A DNA stretch of 64,000 nt from Sedimentisphaerales bacterium (GTDB lineage Bacteria; Planctomycetota; Phycisphaerae; Sedimentisphaerales; Anaerobacaceae), in NCBI GenBank assembly GCA_963708075.1, contig OY970194.1:1760001-1824000 (forward strand), read 5' to 3'. Positions 22,441 through 31,926 of this stretch are shown one piece after another. The position numbers were made by a program, and so were the translations under genes. The notes under the pieces are model-generated. The model was given only the letters and a program-made list of their open reading frames with translations. It was not told the DNA's origin and did no database searches. The first letter of the stretch is position 1. Every line of letters begins with the position of its first letter.

Positions 22441-23523
22441 CTATTTCTCGTGCCCTTCCTGAAACGTTTCCTCCGCCAACTCGCTGATCACGGTATCCAG
22501 ATCGGCTTCCGTGCGAATCCACCCGAACCGCGCATCGACGAGGAACGTGCGGTACCATTGAATGAGGTTCTTGGCGAAGTCCTCGTCCTTGCAGTAGAGT
22601 CCGAACGAGATCTCGCCCGCGTGGACGCCCGCCTTGCGGGGCATTTGGGGAAAGGCCAGCAGCACGGAGCTGCGAGACAGGAGAAACTCAAGGTCGGAAA
22701 CCGTGCTGTTGTAAATCCGCAGCCGGCCCGATTCGATCGCCTCGGCATATCGGCGGAACAGGTGCCGGGCCGCGTTGGAGAACCCCGGCACACTGAGATT
22801 CATCGCACGATGTACCCGGACATCCGGATACTCCTCGAGGATCGTGTGGAGCTGGCTGAGGTAGTCGTCCATGGGCTGCCGCTCCCCTTCGAACAGCATG
22901 CAGGTCCACAGCTCGCCGTTGCCCGTGGCGTCGAGCTGGTCCTGGAGCATATGCTTGGCGACGTCGTAGGTTTCGCGGCGGTTGCCGAGTACCTTCAACT
23001 GCCGGTCCATCAGGGCGGTGGCCCAGGGCGGCATGTCACTCGGCAGCGACTCGGGCGGGCAGACGCCCAGCCGCGTCATCAGACGCAGGAACTGCTTGTG
23101 CTCTGACCCGTAGAACCGCCGACCGACCACACTGCCAACATTTCCATTACATTCGAGACCGTACCTCTTATGGTAGCCGAACGACAGGCGATGAATCTCG
23201 AAGCCCTGTTCGACAAGCATCTTCTCCAACTCCCCGATCAGATGGACCGCCTGCTTCTCCGGGGCCTTGTCGATGGACAGGTGCACGTTCGGGCATAGCA
23301 CAACGGGCCGTTTGCCCAGGAGCTTCATCAGGGCGCCAAACTCGTTGACGGCGTCCTCCAACTCCTGCCGGGCGTCATATCGCTCGATGCAGACGAACAT
23401 CACGAGCACGTCCTTGAAGGTGACCCGCGGCTGCGCCGGTGAGATGGTGGACGGGTCGATCCGCGTGCTCGGCTCTTTGTCTTCAAAGTAACAGGAAGAA
23501 CACTGGTAACTATCCAGGATCAT
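22441..23523 (-). CDS. Fusion of an archaeal-type threonyl-tRNA synthetase editing domain (DTD-like) with a PLD/TrmB-effector-like C-terminal domain
   Basis: VLVMFVCIERYD, VVLCPNVHLS and GFEIHRLSFGYHKRYGLECNG align by eye with archaeal ThrRS N-terminal motifs VLVAFISVEKVD, VYPFAHLS and PFGYYKAFKISCKG; C-terminal fold assignment is weaker. Confidence 0.72.
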   Translation of the reverse strand: MILDSYQCSSCYFEDKEPSTRIDPSTISPAQPRVTFKDVLVMFVCIERYDARQELEDAVNEFGALMKLLGKRPVVLCPNVHLSIDKAPEKQAVHLIGELEKMLVEQGFEIHRLSFGYHKRYGLECNGNVGSVVGRRFYGSEHKQFLRLMTRLGVCPPESLPSDMPPWATALMDRQLKVLGNRRETYDVAKHMLQDQLDATGNGELWTCMLFEGERQPMDDYLSQLHTILEEYPDVRVHRAMNLSVPGFSNAARHLFRRYAEAIESGRLRIYNSTVSDLEFLLSRSSVLLAFPQMPRKAGVHAGEISFGLYCKDEDFAKNLIQWYRTFLVDARFGWIRTEADLDTVISELAEETFQEGHEK

Positions 23524-23544
23524 ATCGTTACGTCGATTCTCTCC

Positions 23545-23853
23545 CTACTGCTGGTTTACCTGGCTTCGGCTGTGTTCCCGCGTTGACGCCTTCGCCTTCT
23601 TCGAGCGAGAGACAATCGCAGCATCAACGCGGGAGATAAAAAGGCCCACATCCGGCGTCACGACGTTGTCCCCAAACCCCGCGCCGTTCATCAGCCGCAC
23701 CACCTCCGTGGCCTCCCAGAAGTCCGGAGATTCGCTGATGCGCTTGGCCTCCTCGCGAGTCAGCGACTTCAGGAAGGTGGGCAGCCCGCCGTCACGAAGC
23801 GAAGCGGCGTAATCCGCCAGTAGCTCCTGGATTTCTCTGTCTGCGTTCGACAT
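23545..23853 (-). CDS. Small soluble hypothetical protein (102 aa), possible anti-sigma/partner
   Basis: MSNADREIQELLADY... preceded by AAGGAG; directly downstream of an ECF sigma. Confidence 0.65.
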   Translation of the reverse strand: MSNADREIQELLADYAASLRDGGLPTFLKSLTREEAKRISESPDFWEATEVVRLMNGAGFGDNVVTPDVGLFISRVDAAIVSRSKKAKASTREHSRSQVNQQ

Positions 23854-23912
23854 CGGTAACTGCTCCTTTACGACCCGTGCAAACTGCACCAGGCAATCTT
23901 GCGAGAAGGCGA

Positions 23913-24485
23913 TCAGCCTTCTTCGCAGTACTCCTGCAACATTCGCCGCAATTTCAAAACCGTCCGAAATTCCAGCATCTTCACCGCGCCGACCGTCGTT
24001 CCCAACTGGGTGGCGATCGCCCGGTTCGACATCCCGGCCATCCACAGCTCCATCGCCTTGCGCTCCCGGGCCTTGAGCTTGCCGAGCATCCGGTGCAGGA
24101 TCTGCTTGAGCTCGGTCTGCGAGAGCAGGTCGCACAGGCCCAGTTCCGGCGCCACAAGGTTCTGCATATCGTTCGCGGACAGGTACGAGCTGCGATTCAT
24201 CCGCCGGTACACCTCGCGGAGGCGCTTCCGCATGTAGTATAGATACACCGTTCGCAGAAGCTGCCTTTCGCTGTCGATGGCCCGCAGATGGTCCGGGTTT
24301 TCCCAGATATCCGCGTACACATCCTCCAGCACGTCCTCGCACTCGACCTCGTTACCGAGATAGCGATGCAGATGCCGTATGAAGATGCCAAAGGTCGATC
24401 TGACAAAAGGCTCCATCGCCCGACGTCGTGACTCGGCGTCGGTGGATGTGAGCTCCTTCAAAGCGTTTCGCAGCGCTTTATCCAT
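23913..24485 (-). CDS. Divergent ECF-type sigma-70 factor
   Basis: Region-2-like ECEDVLEDVYADIW; region-4 HTH LKARERKAMEL..AGMSNRAIATQLGTTVGAVK. Confidence 0.82.
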   Translation of the reverse strand: MDKALRNALKELTSTDAESRRRAMEPFVRSTFGIFIRHLHRYLGNEVECEDVLEDVYADIWENPDHLRAIDSERQLLRTVYLYYMRKRLREVYRRMNRSSYLSANDMQNLVAPELGLCDLLSQTELKQILHRMLGKLKARERKAMELWMAGMSNRAIATQLGTTVGAVKMLEFRTVLKLRRMLQEYCEEG

Positions 24486-24603
24486 ACCGGTTACAGCATT
24501 CCCCGATTCTCACTGATTTTCGGCCTCTCCACCGGCAGGAAGACGGGATCAATCCCGCTGCCGTCTGCGGCGGAAGGTGCGAGGTCCGACCCCGCAAATC
24601 TCC

Positions 24604-24632
24604 ATTCTATCGTAGAGATATGAGGAATTCAA
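24604..24632 (-). promoter_or_regulatory. Putative sigma70 promoter of the ECF/editing-domain cluster
   Basis: Minus strand TTGAAT-N17-TAGAAT about 120 nt upstream of the sigma start. Confidence 0.45.
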
Positions 24633-24755
24633 CCGGTAAACGCCCATGCCTAATGCCGACAAAAGCATCCTCAGAGACACTTCTGAGGATATGACCGACC
24701 CTCTGTCAGATACGAATCAACCAGATCACGTCGAAACCATCTCCTCACTTGACCC

Positions 24756-25223
24756 TCAGAATCCATATGCCGGCCAGAGCTCCTCTTCCGTCGGCAGATG
24801 GTCGTAGAACTCACCGCGCGTGCCGATGTAGCCAATCCCTTGTCTTCGCAGCCGCACCCGGCTGATCGAGCCGTTGCTATTGGTGATGTCCACCGTCACG
24901 TAATCCATTTCCTGCCGCATGTGGACGCGCTCCGTCGGCGTGTGGCTCTTGTCCTCTTCGTTGCCGATCATGTATCCGGCCGCTCCTCCGATCGCCGCGC
25001 CGAGAATTGTGGCTCCCGCAGTGCCGCCAATCACCTGGCCAAGCCCGGCTCCCGCCAGCACTCCTACCGCCGCCCCGGTTTGCGCGGCGGTTCGGCAACC
25101 TGCCGACATCAGCAAACCGGCCGCCATCCCTGCCAGGACGATAGTCCCGGCTCTGCCCGTCGCTACGCCGGACCTTTCTGTGTCCGAAAATGACTCGACG
25201 GCATCGGATGGCTTAGAGCTCAT
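24756..25223 (-). CDS. Glycine-zipper lipoprotein
   Basis: Lipobox-like SAGC followed by TGAAVGVLAGAGLGQVIGG...GAAIGGAAGYMIGNE. Confidence 0.78.
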   Translation of the reverse strand: MSSKPSDAVESFSDTERSGVATGRAGTIVLAGMAAGLLMSAGCRTAAQTGAAVGVLAGAGLGQVIGGTAGATILGAAIGGAAGYMIGNEEDKSHTPTERVHMRQEMDYVTVDITNSNGSISRVRLRRQGIGYIGTRGEFYDHLPTEEELWPAYGF

Positions 25224-28107
25224 CATCGTCCTCTTTGTTGACCGGTGCTTGCTCGGTGGCCTGCGTCGTGGCGGCGCCTGCGCTCAGTTGCGTGGCCGAG
25301 TCCTTCTTCGAAACGTCCAGCAAATCCTTTGCTCCAGTATCCGGAACCTTTTGAGTATCCGGCGTGCTCTCAAGGGAGGATGCTTCAGGGGCGGTCGATG
25401 ATGGAGTCGCTGTGGCGGGGTCTACCTGGGTCGCCGATGACTCCTGAGCCTTGGCGCCCGGCGCAGCTTGCGACTCGGAGCCGGCCTTATCCTTCGGCCC
25501 GGCTTCCTTCTCGAGTTTGTCCACAAGTCTGAGCAGCACAGCCACCGCCTCGGTGTTCTTCGCATCCTGGCCCGCCTTCTCCAGAGGCTCGCGGGCATAG
25601 CCTGTCTCTCCGGTGCCCAGCAGATGGTAACCGAGCAGGAGCTGCAGGTCGGCGTTGTCGCCGGACTCATCCTGCTTGTTCAGCAGCTCCTCAATCTGTT
25701 TGAACAGCACATCGTCATTGGCATACAGGCCACGAGGATAGAAGACGCCTTCCTTCTCCTTCTCGGGCGGAAGCTTCTTGAGGGCCTCTCTCAGCACCTC
25801 CGCGGCCTTGGAGTACTGCTTGTCGGCAAACAAGGCCTGGGCATATGCGAACGGAAGGATCATGTCTTCCGGCGACAGCTCCTTCGCCGTGGCGAACTTC
25901 TCGGCCGCTGTGGCGTAATCGCCAGACTCGAAGCTCTTGACGCCTTCCTCGAACCTTGTATCCGCCTGTGTCTGCGGCGCCGGCTCCGCCGCTCGCTGTG
26001 CCAGTTTCTCACGGACATCGGCATATCCGCTGTCGTCCGTGCTCTGATAGGTGGTCGCGGAACCATCGTCATTGTAATAGTTGTACGTGTAGTAGTTGTT
26101 CGTCTCTCCCGCGACCTCGGTGGCAACGGGGTAGTATCCGTACCACACGTAGGGATGATAGCCATACCAGTAGTACCGCATATACGGGTAGTCATAGGGC
26201 CAGTATCCACCCAGGCTGATGAACACGTACTTGCGATGGTAGTACGGGTACATATAGTCGAACGAGAAATGCGAACCGAAGTGGTAGCCGATCGTGAAGT
26301 AGTACGACGGCCAAATGACCCGGTGACACAGCCGATGATGCATGTCATAGTAACTATAGAGGTGATGGTAATGATGCGAGATCAGGTCCGGCCGGTCATA
26401 GTACGACGCGTGCAGGTAGGGCCGCCGGTAGCTGTAGTCGAAAGTTGTCGGCCGAAGCGTCCGCTCCGCCAGATTCGTGTCGAGGCTTCTCCTCGCAACC
26501 AGATGGTCGTTCAGCCGGGAGCCGAATTGCTGCCGCCGGGCCGTGGCATCCGCCTGCTGTCTCTGCGGATCCAGAGCCACTTTTCCGCGATCACCCCTCT
26601 GACTGATCACTTCGGCCCTGCGACTGGTTACTCGGTTCTGAAGCTCCGAATTCGTTTGTGCGCCGCGGACGGGTTGAGTCGTCGATAGCGTCGGCATCCG
26701 GGTCTGCGAGCCGGTGGATTCGGCCACCTGGCTCTTCTGCGTCTGCTGACCTGTCCGTCGCGCCTGCATCCGCGAAAGCACTGACTTCCTGTCGGTTGCG
26801 GTCCGCTCCGTGGGACTTGTCGTCGTTTTGGGCGAGACGCCCTGCTCTGTCCCTGCCTTCGGCGCGACGATTTGTCGCGACGACGGCGACGGTGCGGATG
26901 TGGATTTCTCCGCCGGGGCCTTCACCTCACCCGTGGTCGATCCATTCCTCGCACCGACGCGGCCCAGGAGCGACCGTCTGTCGGTCGCACTGCCCTCAGA
27001 TGGAGTCTTTGTCGTCTGAAGCGTGCTCTGCCGCGGCTCCAGACTCTGTTTGGACGTCGTCTTCAGGTCTGCGATTCGTCGCGACTGCTGAGGCTGAGTG
27101 GGCGTGGACGCGGGCTTCTCTGCCACCGGGCTCTGCGATTGCTTCGTTACAGATCCGTTCCTGGTGCTAAGACGGCTCAACAGTGAGCGTCTGTCGCCGC
27201 CGGTGTTTGTGGGCGTGCTCTGAACAACAGGGCCCCGCGATGATGGTGGCGGTGTCACCGTCTTTGGCGCACTGGGCGTACTTGCCGAACCCGACATCGG
27301 TTGCCTCGGCTGCACGGTGCTCTGCTGCCGTGCTGCCATGCGATCCACTACAGAGCTGCGCGTCGTGCCGCTATTCATAGATGTATCCGGCGCGGAGGAT
27401 CGCGGCGTCGCCAGGCTCCGCGTGCTGCCGCTCCGGCTGCCAATCGAGCTGGAAATACTCTGATCAGGCGACCTGGAGAGGCCTCCGGATGAGGACGACT
27501 CACTTCGTGGTGCGCTGAATACGCTTTCCGACCGTGGCTGGCTGGAGGGCGCCCATCTGGTGCTGAAATCCCGTGCCGACTCGCGGCTTGGCGCCGGCGC
27601 GGCAGCCGACGGCGCGGACCTGCTCGAAAACGGGCTCGAACGCATCGTGGCCGGCGGGCTGCTCGGCGTCACCGACGGTCGCGAAGGCGTGATCGAAGGT
27701 GGTGCACTCGGTGTAAACGACGGTCTCGAAGGGGCTATCGAACGCGGCGCACTAGGCGTAAACGATGGCCGCGAAGGAGCCATAGAACGTGGCGCACTGG
27801 GTGTAAACGATGGTCTGGAAGGCGCCGCTGCCGGCGGAGGGCTGAACGATGGTCTGGAGGGGGCCATTGCGGGCGATCTGCCGGAGCTGAACGGGGAGCC
27901 TTGGCTGCGAGATGATCCAAAACTTGGACTTGGGCTCGGACTGGGCCTCACAGCCTCGCGCCTTGCTCCCACACTCTGCAGCGCCGCGCTTCGCTCCGAA
28001 GCGGCCCGTGCCAGACGAGAGCCCGATGACCCGATCAACAGGGCCGCCATGAGCGCCACAGACGTTACGGCTGCTCTGCGGTTTTTTCTCTCACCTGCGA
28101 CAAACAT
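25213..28107 (-). CDS. Large exported low-complexity protein (Ser/Pro/Arg-rich, Tyr/His-rich segment, C-terminal TPR)
   Basis: Signal-like N-terminus after AAGGAG; long S/P/T/R disordered region; Y/H-rich block; TPR-like FEEGVKSFESGDYATAAEKF...YAQALFADKQY. Confidence 0.75.
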   Translation of the reverse strand: MFVAGERKNRRAAVTSVALMAALLIGSSGSRLARAASERSAALQSVGARREAVRPSPSPSPSFGSSRSQGSPFSSGRSPAMAPSRPSFSPPPAAAPSRPSFTPSAPRSMAPSRPSFTPSAPRSIAPSRPSFTPSAPPSITPSRPSVTPSSPPATMRSSPFSSRSAPSAAAPAPSRESARDFSTRWAPSSQPRSESVFSAPRSESSSSGGLSRSPDQSISSSIGSRSGSTRSLATPRSSAPDTSMNSGTTRSSVVDRMAARQQSTVQPRQPMSGSASTPSAPKTVTPPPSSRGPVVQSTPTNTGGDRRSLLSRLSTRNGSVTKQSQSPVAEKPASTPTQPQQSRRIADLKTTSKQSLEPRQSTLQTTKTPSEGSATDRRSLLGRVGARNGSTTGEVKAPAEKSTSAPSPSSRQIVAPKAGTEQGVSPKTTTSPTERTATDRKSVLSRMQARRTGQQTQKSQVAESTGSQTRMPTLSTTQPVRGAQTNSELQNRVTSRRAEVISQRGDRGKVALDPQRQQADATARRQQFGSRLNDHLVARRSLDTNLAERTLRPTTFDYSYRRPYLHASYYDRPDLISHHYHHLYSYYDMHHRLCHRVIWPSYYFTIGYHFGSHFSFDYMYPYYHRKYVFISLGGYWPYDYPYMRYYWYGYHPYVWYGYYPVATEVAGETNNYYTYNYYNDDGSATTYQSTDDSGYADVREKLAQRAAEPAPQTQADTRFEEGVKSFESGDYATAAEKFATAKELSPEDMILPFAYAQALFADKQYSKAAEVLREALKKLPPEKEKEGVFYPRGLYANDDVLFKQIEELLNKQDESGDNADLQLLLGYHLLGTGETGYAREPLEKAGQDAKNTEAVAVLLRLVDKLEKEAGPKDKAGSESQAAPGAKAQESSATQVDPATATPSSTAPEASSLESTPDTQKVPDTGAKDLLDVSKKDSATQLSAGAATTQATEQAPVNKEDDDEL
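27652..27864 (-). repeat. Intragenic tandem repeat, about five copies of an approximately 45-bp unit (APSRPSFTPSAPRS-like)
   Basis: PSRPSFSP / PSRPSFTPSAPRSM / PSRPSFTPSAPRSI / PSRPSFTPSAPPSI / PSRPSVTPSSPP. Confidence 0.8.
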
Positions 28108-28586
28108 GGTTGTCTCCTTTCCTTCCTCCGACGGCACAAGATTCGGCCAGCCCGTTCTGCCGCCGGCGCCCCACACGTCTTATCGTGGGATTGCGATACA
28201 GGATAATACTTCAAAATACTATAGGCGGCCACTATAAATATACGTGGGAAAAGGGTTTACGGTTTGCAGAAACCTTGTCGAAAGCCCGCAAGCCACCCCT
28301 TTTCACAATCATTACAGCCATCTGCACGCCCCTGACTAACATATCGTCGTGTGCGCTATCTTTTCTACTCTAATAAGGCTCGGCGACTAAGCATGGTAAC
28401 AGGAAAAACGAGGTTTCTTCGACTACCTGCAACTTCCTTTCGGACCATTGGCCACGCATCCAGAACTTGTGCAGGCGGCGGCCCCGACGGGACTTATCAT
28501 GTATCTCGGCGTAGTCAGTCGGGCAGGGGCGAACGGTTCCGTGTGCCCGACGTACCTTTTTGATGGCGTTGGGATAAGATTTTGTC

Positions 28587-28615
28587 TTGACATGGGGGGA
28601 GGCCGCCGGTATTAA
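28587..28615 (+). promoter_or_regulatory. Putative sigma70 promoter of the rpmF-plsX-fab operon
   Basis: TTGACA (28587-28592)-N17-TATTAA (28610-28615). Confidence 0.5.
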
Positions 28616-28687
28616 AGGTAGTTTTATACACAGCGTCAGACGAGCACGCTCTGCGAGTGATTAGCAGATGGACTGGAGTACCGAACA

Positions 28688-28876
28688 ATGTTACCAATGA
28701 AAAAAATGAGCCGGAGTGCCGTCAAAATGCGACGGTCACACCATCGACTCAAACCGATCAACTACTCGGTCTGCCCGAAGTGCGATCAGGCAAAGTTGCC
28801 CCATGCGGCATGCGGCAACTGCGGGTATGTACATCCCGGGCTCACCCTGAAACTCGGCAAGGAGGAAACCACGTAG
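28688..28876 (+). CDS. rpmF: 50S ribosomal protein L32
   Basis: P.KK.SRS...RRSH, CPKC...LPHAACGNCGY; canonical position before plsX. Confidence 0.92.
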   Translation: MLPMKKMSRSAVKMRRSHHRLKPINYSVCPKCDQAKLPHAACGNCGYVHPGLTLKLGKEETT

Positions 28877-28878
28877 GC

Positions 28879-29892
28879 ATGCGTATCGCTGTGGATGCCA
28901 TGGGAGGGGACCACGCACCCGACGAAATCATTGTAGGAGCGTTGGAGGCGTTGTCCCGGCTCGATCAGGATGACAGGATCATTCTGGTTGGGCCACAGGA
29001 GCTGTTGGAGAAGAAACTGGCCGATCTGAAATACGACCGGGACCGTGTCAGCATTGCTGATGCGCCGGACGTAATCGCCATGGACGAGAAGCCCATTGAC
29101 AGTCTGCGCCAAAAACCCCGAAGTTCGATTGGGATTCTGGCGAAACTGGCGAAACTGGATCAGGCAGATGCAGTCATCTCAGCGGGCAACACCGGGGCAT
29201 GCGTGGCGGCATTCCAAATGCGAATGCGTACCCTGCCTGGTGTAAATCGCCCCGGCATCGCCGTCGTTTTCCCGACCACGAACGGCCCCGTGACTATTTG
29301 CGATGTGGGAGCAAATATTGCCTGTAAGCCAATCAACCTGTATCAGTACGGGCTGATGGCAAGCATCTACTCGCGGCATTTCCTCAAGGTCCAGAACCCG
29401 CGGGTCGGGCTGATGAGCATTGGAGAGGAAGAGGCCAAGGGCAATGAGATCGTCAAGCGTTCGCGGGAGCTGATGCGCGGCGACTCGCGATTGAATTTCA
29501 TCGGGAACATCGAGGGAAGGGACATCTTCCGCGGAGTCTGCGACGTGGTGGTCTGTGAGGGGTTCGTCGGGAATGTCATCCTGAAGCTCACAGAGGGTGC
29601 GGTGGAGGGCTTGTTCCGAGCCATCAAGCAGGAGTTGAGCCCCTGGTTGGGGCTGATCTTCAAACGGACCATCATGCGGGTCTATCAGAAACACGACTAT
29701 CATGAATACGGGGGGGCTCCCCTGCTGGGCATCAACGGCACGGCCCTGATCTGCCATGGGGCCAGCCGGGCGCGCACAATCAGAAACGCCGTGGTCACCG
29801 CCAAGACCTGCCACACGCAAGGAATCAATGAAAAGATCATGGAGTGTCTCTCGGAAGCTTGCGTAAGGACTTCGGATGCACAAGGAATTTGA
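28879..29892 (+). CDS. plsX: Phosphate acyltransferase
   Basis: MRIAVDAMGGDHAP, SAGNTGA, DVGAN, GNIEGRD, CEGFVGN, GGAPLLG...CHG. Confidence 0.96.
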   Translation: MRIAVDAMGGDHAPDEIIVGALEALSRLDQDDRIILVGPQELLEKKLADLKYDRDRVSIADAPDVIAMDEKPIDSLRQKPRSSIGILAKLAKLDQADAVISAGNTGACVAAFQMRMRTLPGVNRPGIAVVFPTTNGPVTICDVGANIACKPINLYQYGLMASIYSRHFLKVQNPRVGLMSIGEEEAKGNEIVKRSRELMRGDSRLNFIGNIEGRDIFRGVCDVVVCEGFVGNVILKLTEGAVEGLFRAIKQELSPWLGLIFKRTIMRVYQKHDYHEYGGAPLLGINGTALICHGASRARTIRNAVVTAKTCHTQGINEKIMECLSEACVRTSDAQGI

Positions 29893-30888
29893 GGATTGCC
29901 CCCTCGCGAACCGCGCCGTGATCACCGGGTGCGGTTCTTTTGTTCCATCGGCGATATTGTCCAATGAAGATCTTGCCCGCAGGGTGGATACTTCGGACGA
30001 ATGGATCACTACCCGGACAGGGATCAAGTCCAGGCACATCACGACGGATGGCGAAACGACCGCCTACCTGGCTACCGAGGCGGCCAGGCGGGCCCTGGCC
30101 TACGCAGGGCTTAGCGGCGAAGATCTCGATCTGATTACCGTGGCGACGATCACCCCGGAAATGGTCTTTCCCTCCACGGCATGCTTCGTTCAGCAGGCGC
30201 TCGGGGCGAAGAACGCGTGGGTCTTCGATCTGGCGGCCGCCTGCAGCGGGTTTGTCTATTCCCTGCACCTGGTCCAGCAGCTCATTGAGAACGGGCGGCT
30301 CAACAATGCCCTGGTGATTGGGGCCGAGACGCTCACGAAAATCACCAACTGGAAGGACCGGACCAGTTGCATCCTGTTCGGCGACGGGGCCGGTGCGATC
30401 GTCCTGCAGCGCAAGGACAATGCCGGCCGAGGTATCATCTACAGTACGCTGGGCGCGGACGGAACTTATTGGGAGTCGCTGAGCTGCCGGGCCCACGGCT
30501 CGCGCCACCCGGTCAGTCGGCCGCTGAACGACCCAGACATGGCCTTCATGCAGATTAAAGGCAGAGAAGTATACCAGCAGGCGGTGCGGCGGATCGTGGA
30601 GGCTGTCACTGACTGCATGGCGCACTGCGGCTTGACCATCGACGATGTCGCCATGGTCATCTCGCACCAGATGAATGCCCGGATCATCGAGTCAGCCGCC
30701 AAGAGGTTGGAACTGCCCCCGGAGAAGGTGTTCGTCAATATTCAGAACTACGGCAATACGTCCGCCGCTTCCGTGCCCATCGCGTTCGATGAATGCATGC
30801 GGCAAGGCAAGCTCAAGAAGGGCGATATCGTGATCTTCGTGGCGTTCGGCGCCGGTGTCACCTGGGCGCAAACATCATCGAGATTTAG
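29876..30888 (+). CDS. fabH: 3-oxoacyl-ACP synthase III; apparent 1-nt deletion near 30865 just before the stop
   Basis: DTSDEWI..RTGI, AACSGF, LFGDGAGA, HQMN.RI, YGNTSAAS, FGAG.TW; adding one G gives TWGANIIEI-stop at 30886-30888. Confidence 0.94.
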
Positions 30889-30960
30889 GCGCCGTCGCCG
30901 GACGACGGAGCGTCGCCCGCGGTGTGCGGGTGTGAACTGAAACAAATAAGGACACGAAAG

Positions 30961-31896
30961 ATGGCGACCGCCTTTCTGTTTCCGGGACAGGGCTCCCAGG
31001 CCGTGGGCATGGGAGCCGACATCGCGACGGCGTTGCCCGCGGCAGCGGAGTTGTTCGGGCGGGCGAACGAGATCGTCGGGTTCGACCTGCGAAAGGTCTG
31101 TCTTGAGGGCCCGGCAGACCGGCTCAACAGCACAACCATGTCGCAGCCGGCCATCTTCGTGACCTCCGCCGCCCTGCTGGAGGTCCTGCGAGCCAGTTCG
31201 GCCGGACAGAACCTCCGCCCCGATGTCACAGCGGGACTGAGCCTGGGCGAATACACCGCCCTGTATGCCGCCGGAGCCATCAGCTTCGAAGATGGGCTCA
31301 GGCTGGTCAAAAGGCGTGGCGAGGCCATGCAGGCCGCCGCCGATGCCTCCGAAGGGATGATGGTGAGCATTCTGGGCCTCGATGAGGACAAGGTGCGGCA
31401 ACTGTGCGATGAAGCCCGCGATGGGGAGTTGCTCGAGCCGGTCAATTTCAATTGTCCCGGACAAATCGTCATCAGCGGTGCGGTTGGCGCCTGCGAAAGA
31501 GCCGAACGTCTGGCGGAGAAGCATGGCGCGATCAAAGCGATCCGGCTGGAGGTTGCCGGGGCCTTTCATACGACCATGATGACGCCCGCGGCACAGGCCC
31601 TGCGGCAAGCCCTTGTGCAAACGCAGATCTCGCAGCCGCAGGCCGTCCGCACGGTCGCCAACATCACGGCCGACTACTATCACGGCCCGGACAGCGTCAT
31701 CGACGGCCTGACGCGACAGCTCACAGGGGCGATCCAGTGGCAGAAATGCATGGAGCGCTTGCTGGCCGATGGGGTCGAGCAGTTTTATGAGATTGGTCCG
31801 GGCAGGGTCCTGACCGGGCTGATGAAACGTATTAACAGGAAGACGAAAGTCACGAACATCAGCGACTTGAGCTCGCTCAAGGCCGTAACTGGATGA
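30961..31896 (+). CDS. fabD: Malonyl-CoA:ACP transacylase
   Basis: FPGQGSQ..GMG, SQPAI, AGLSLGEY, NFNCPGQ.V, GAFH, EIGPG.VL. Confidence 0.95.
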   Translation: MATAFLFPGQGSQAVGMGADIATALPAAAELFGRANEIVGFDLRKVCLEGPADRLNSTTMSQPAIFVTSAALLEVLRASSAGQNLRPDVTAGLSLGEYTALYAAGAISFEDGLRLVKRRGEAMQAAADASEGMMVSILGLDEDKVRQLCDEARDGELLEPVNFNCPGQIVISGAVGACERAERLAEKHGAIKAIRLEVAGAFHTTMMTPAAQALRQALVQTQISQPQAVRTVANITADYYHGPDSVIDGLTRQLTGAIQWQKCMERLLADGVEQFYEIGPGRVLTGLMKRINRKTKVTNISDLSSLKAVTG

Positions 31897-31926
31897 TCGC
31901 GCGTAATGGATTCTGGAGGTGACAGG

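Noticed and set aside
24667..24690. Short inverted repeat ATCCTCAGA-N6-TCTGAGGAT upstream of the ECF cluster
   Set aside because: Single 9-bp stem; could be an operator or terminator but cannot be distinguished from chance
25213..25233. C-terminal DDEL resembling an ER-retention signal
   Set aside because: A four-residue match in an acidic tail that overlaps the next gene; likely chance
27652..27864. Possible CRISPR array
   Set aside because: In-frame coding repeats with synonymous variation, no unique spacers and no cas genes
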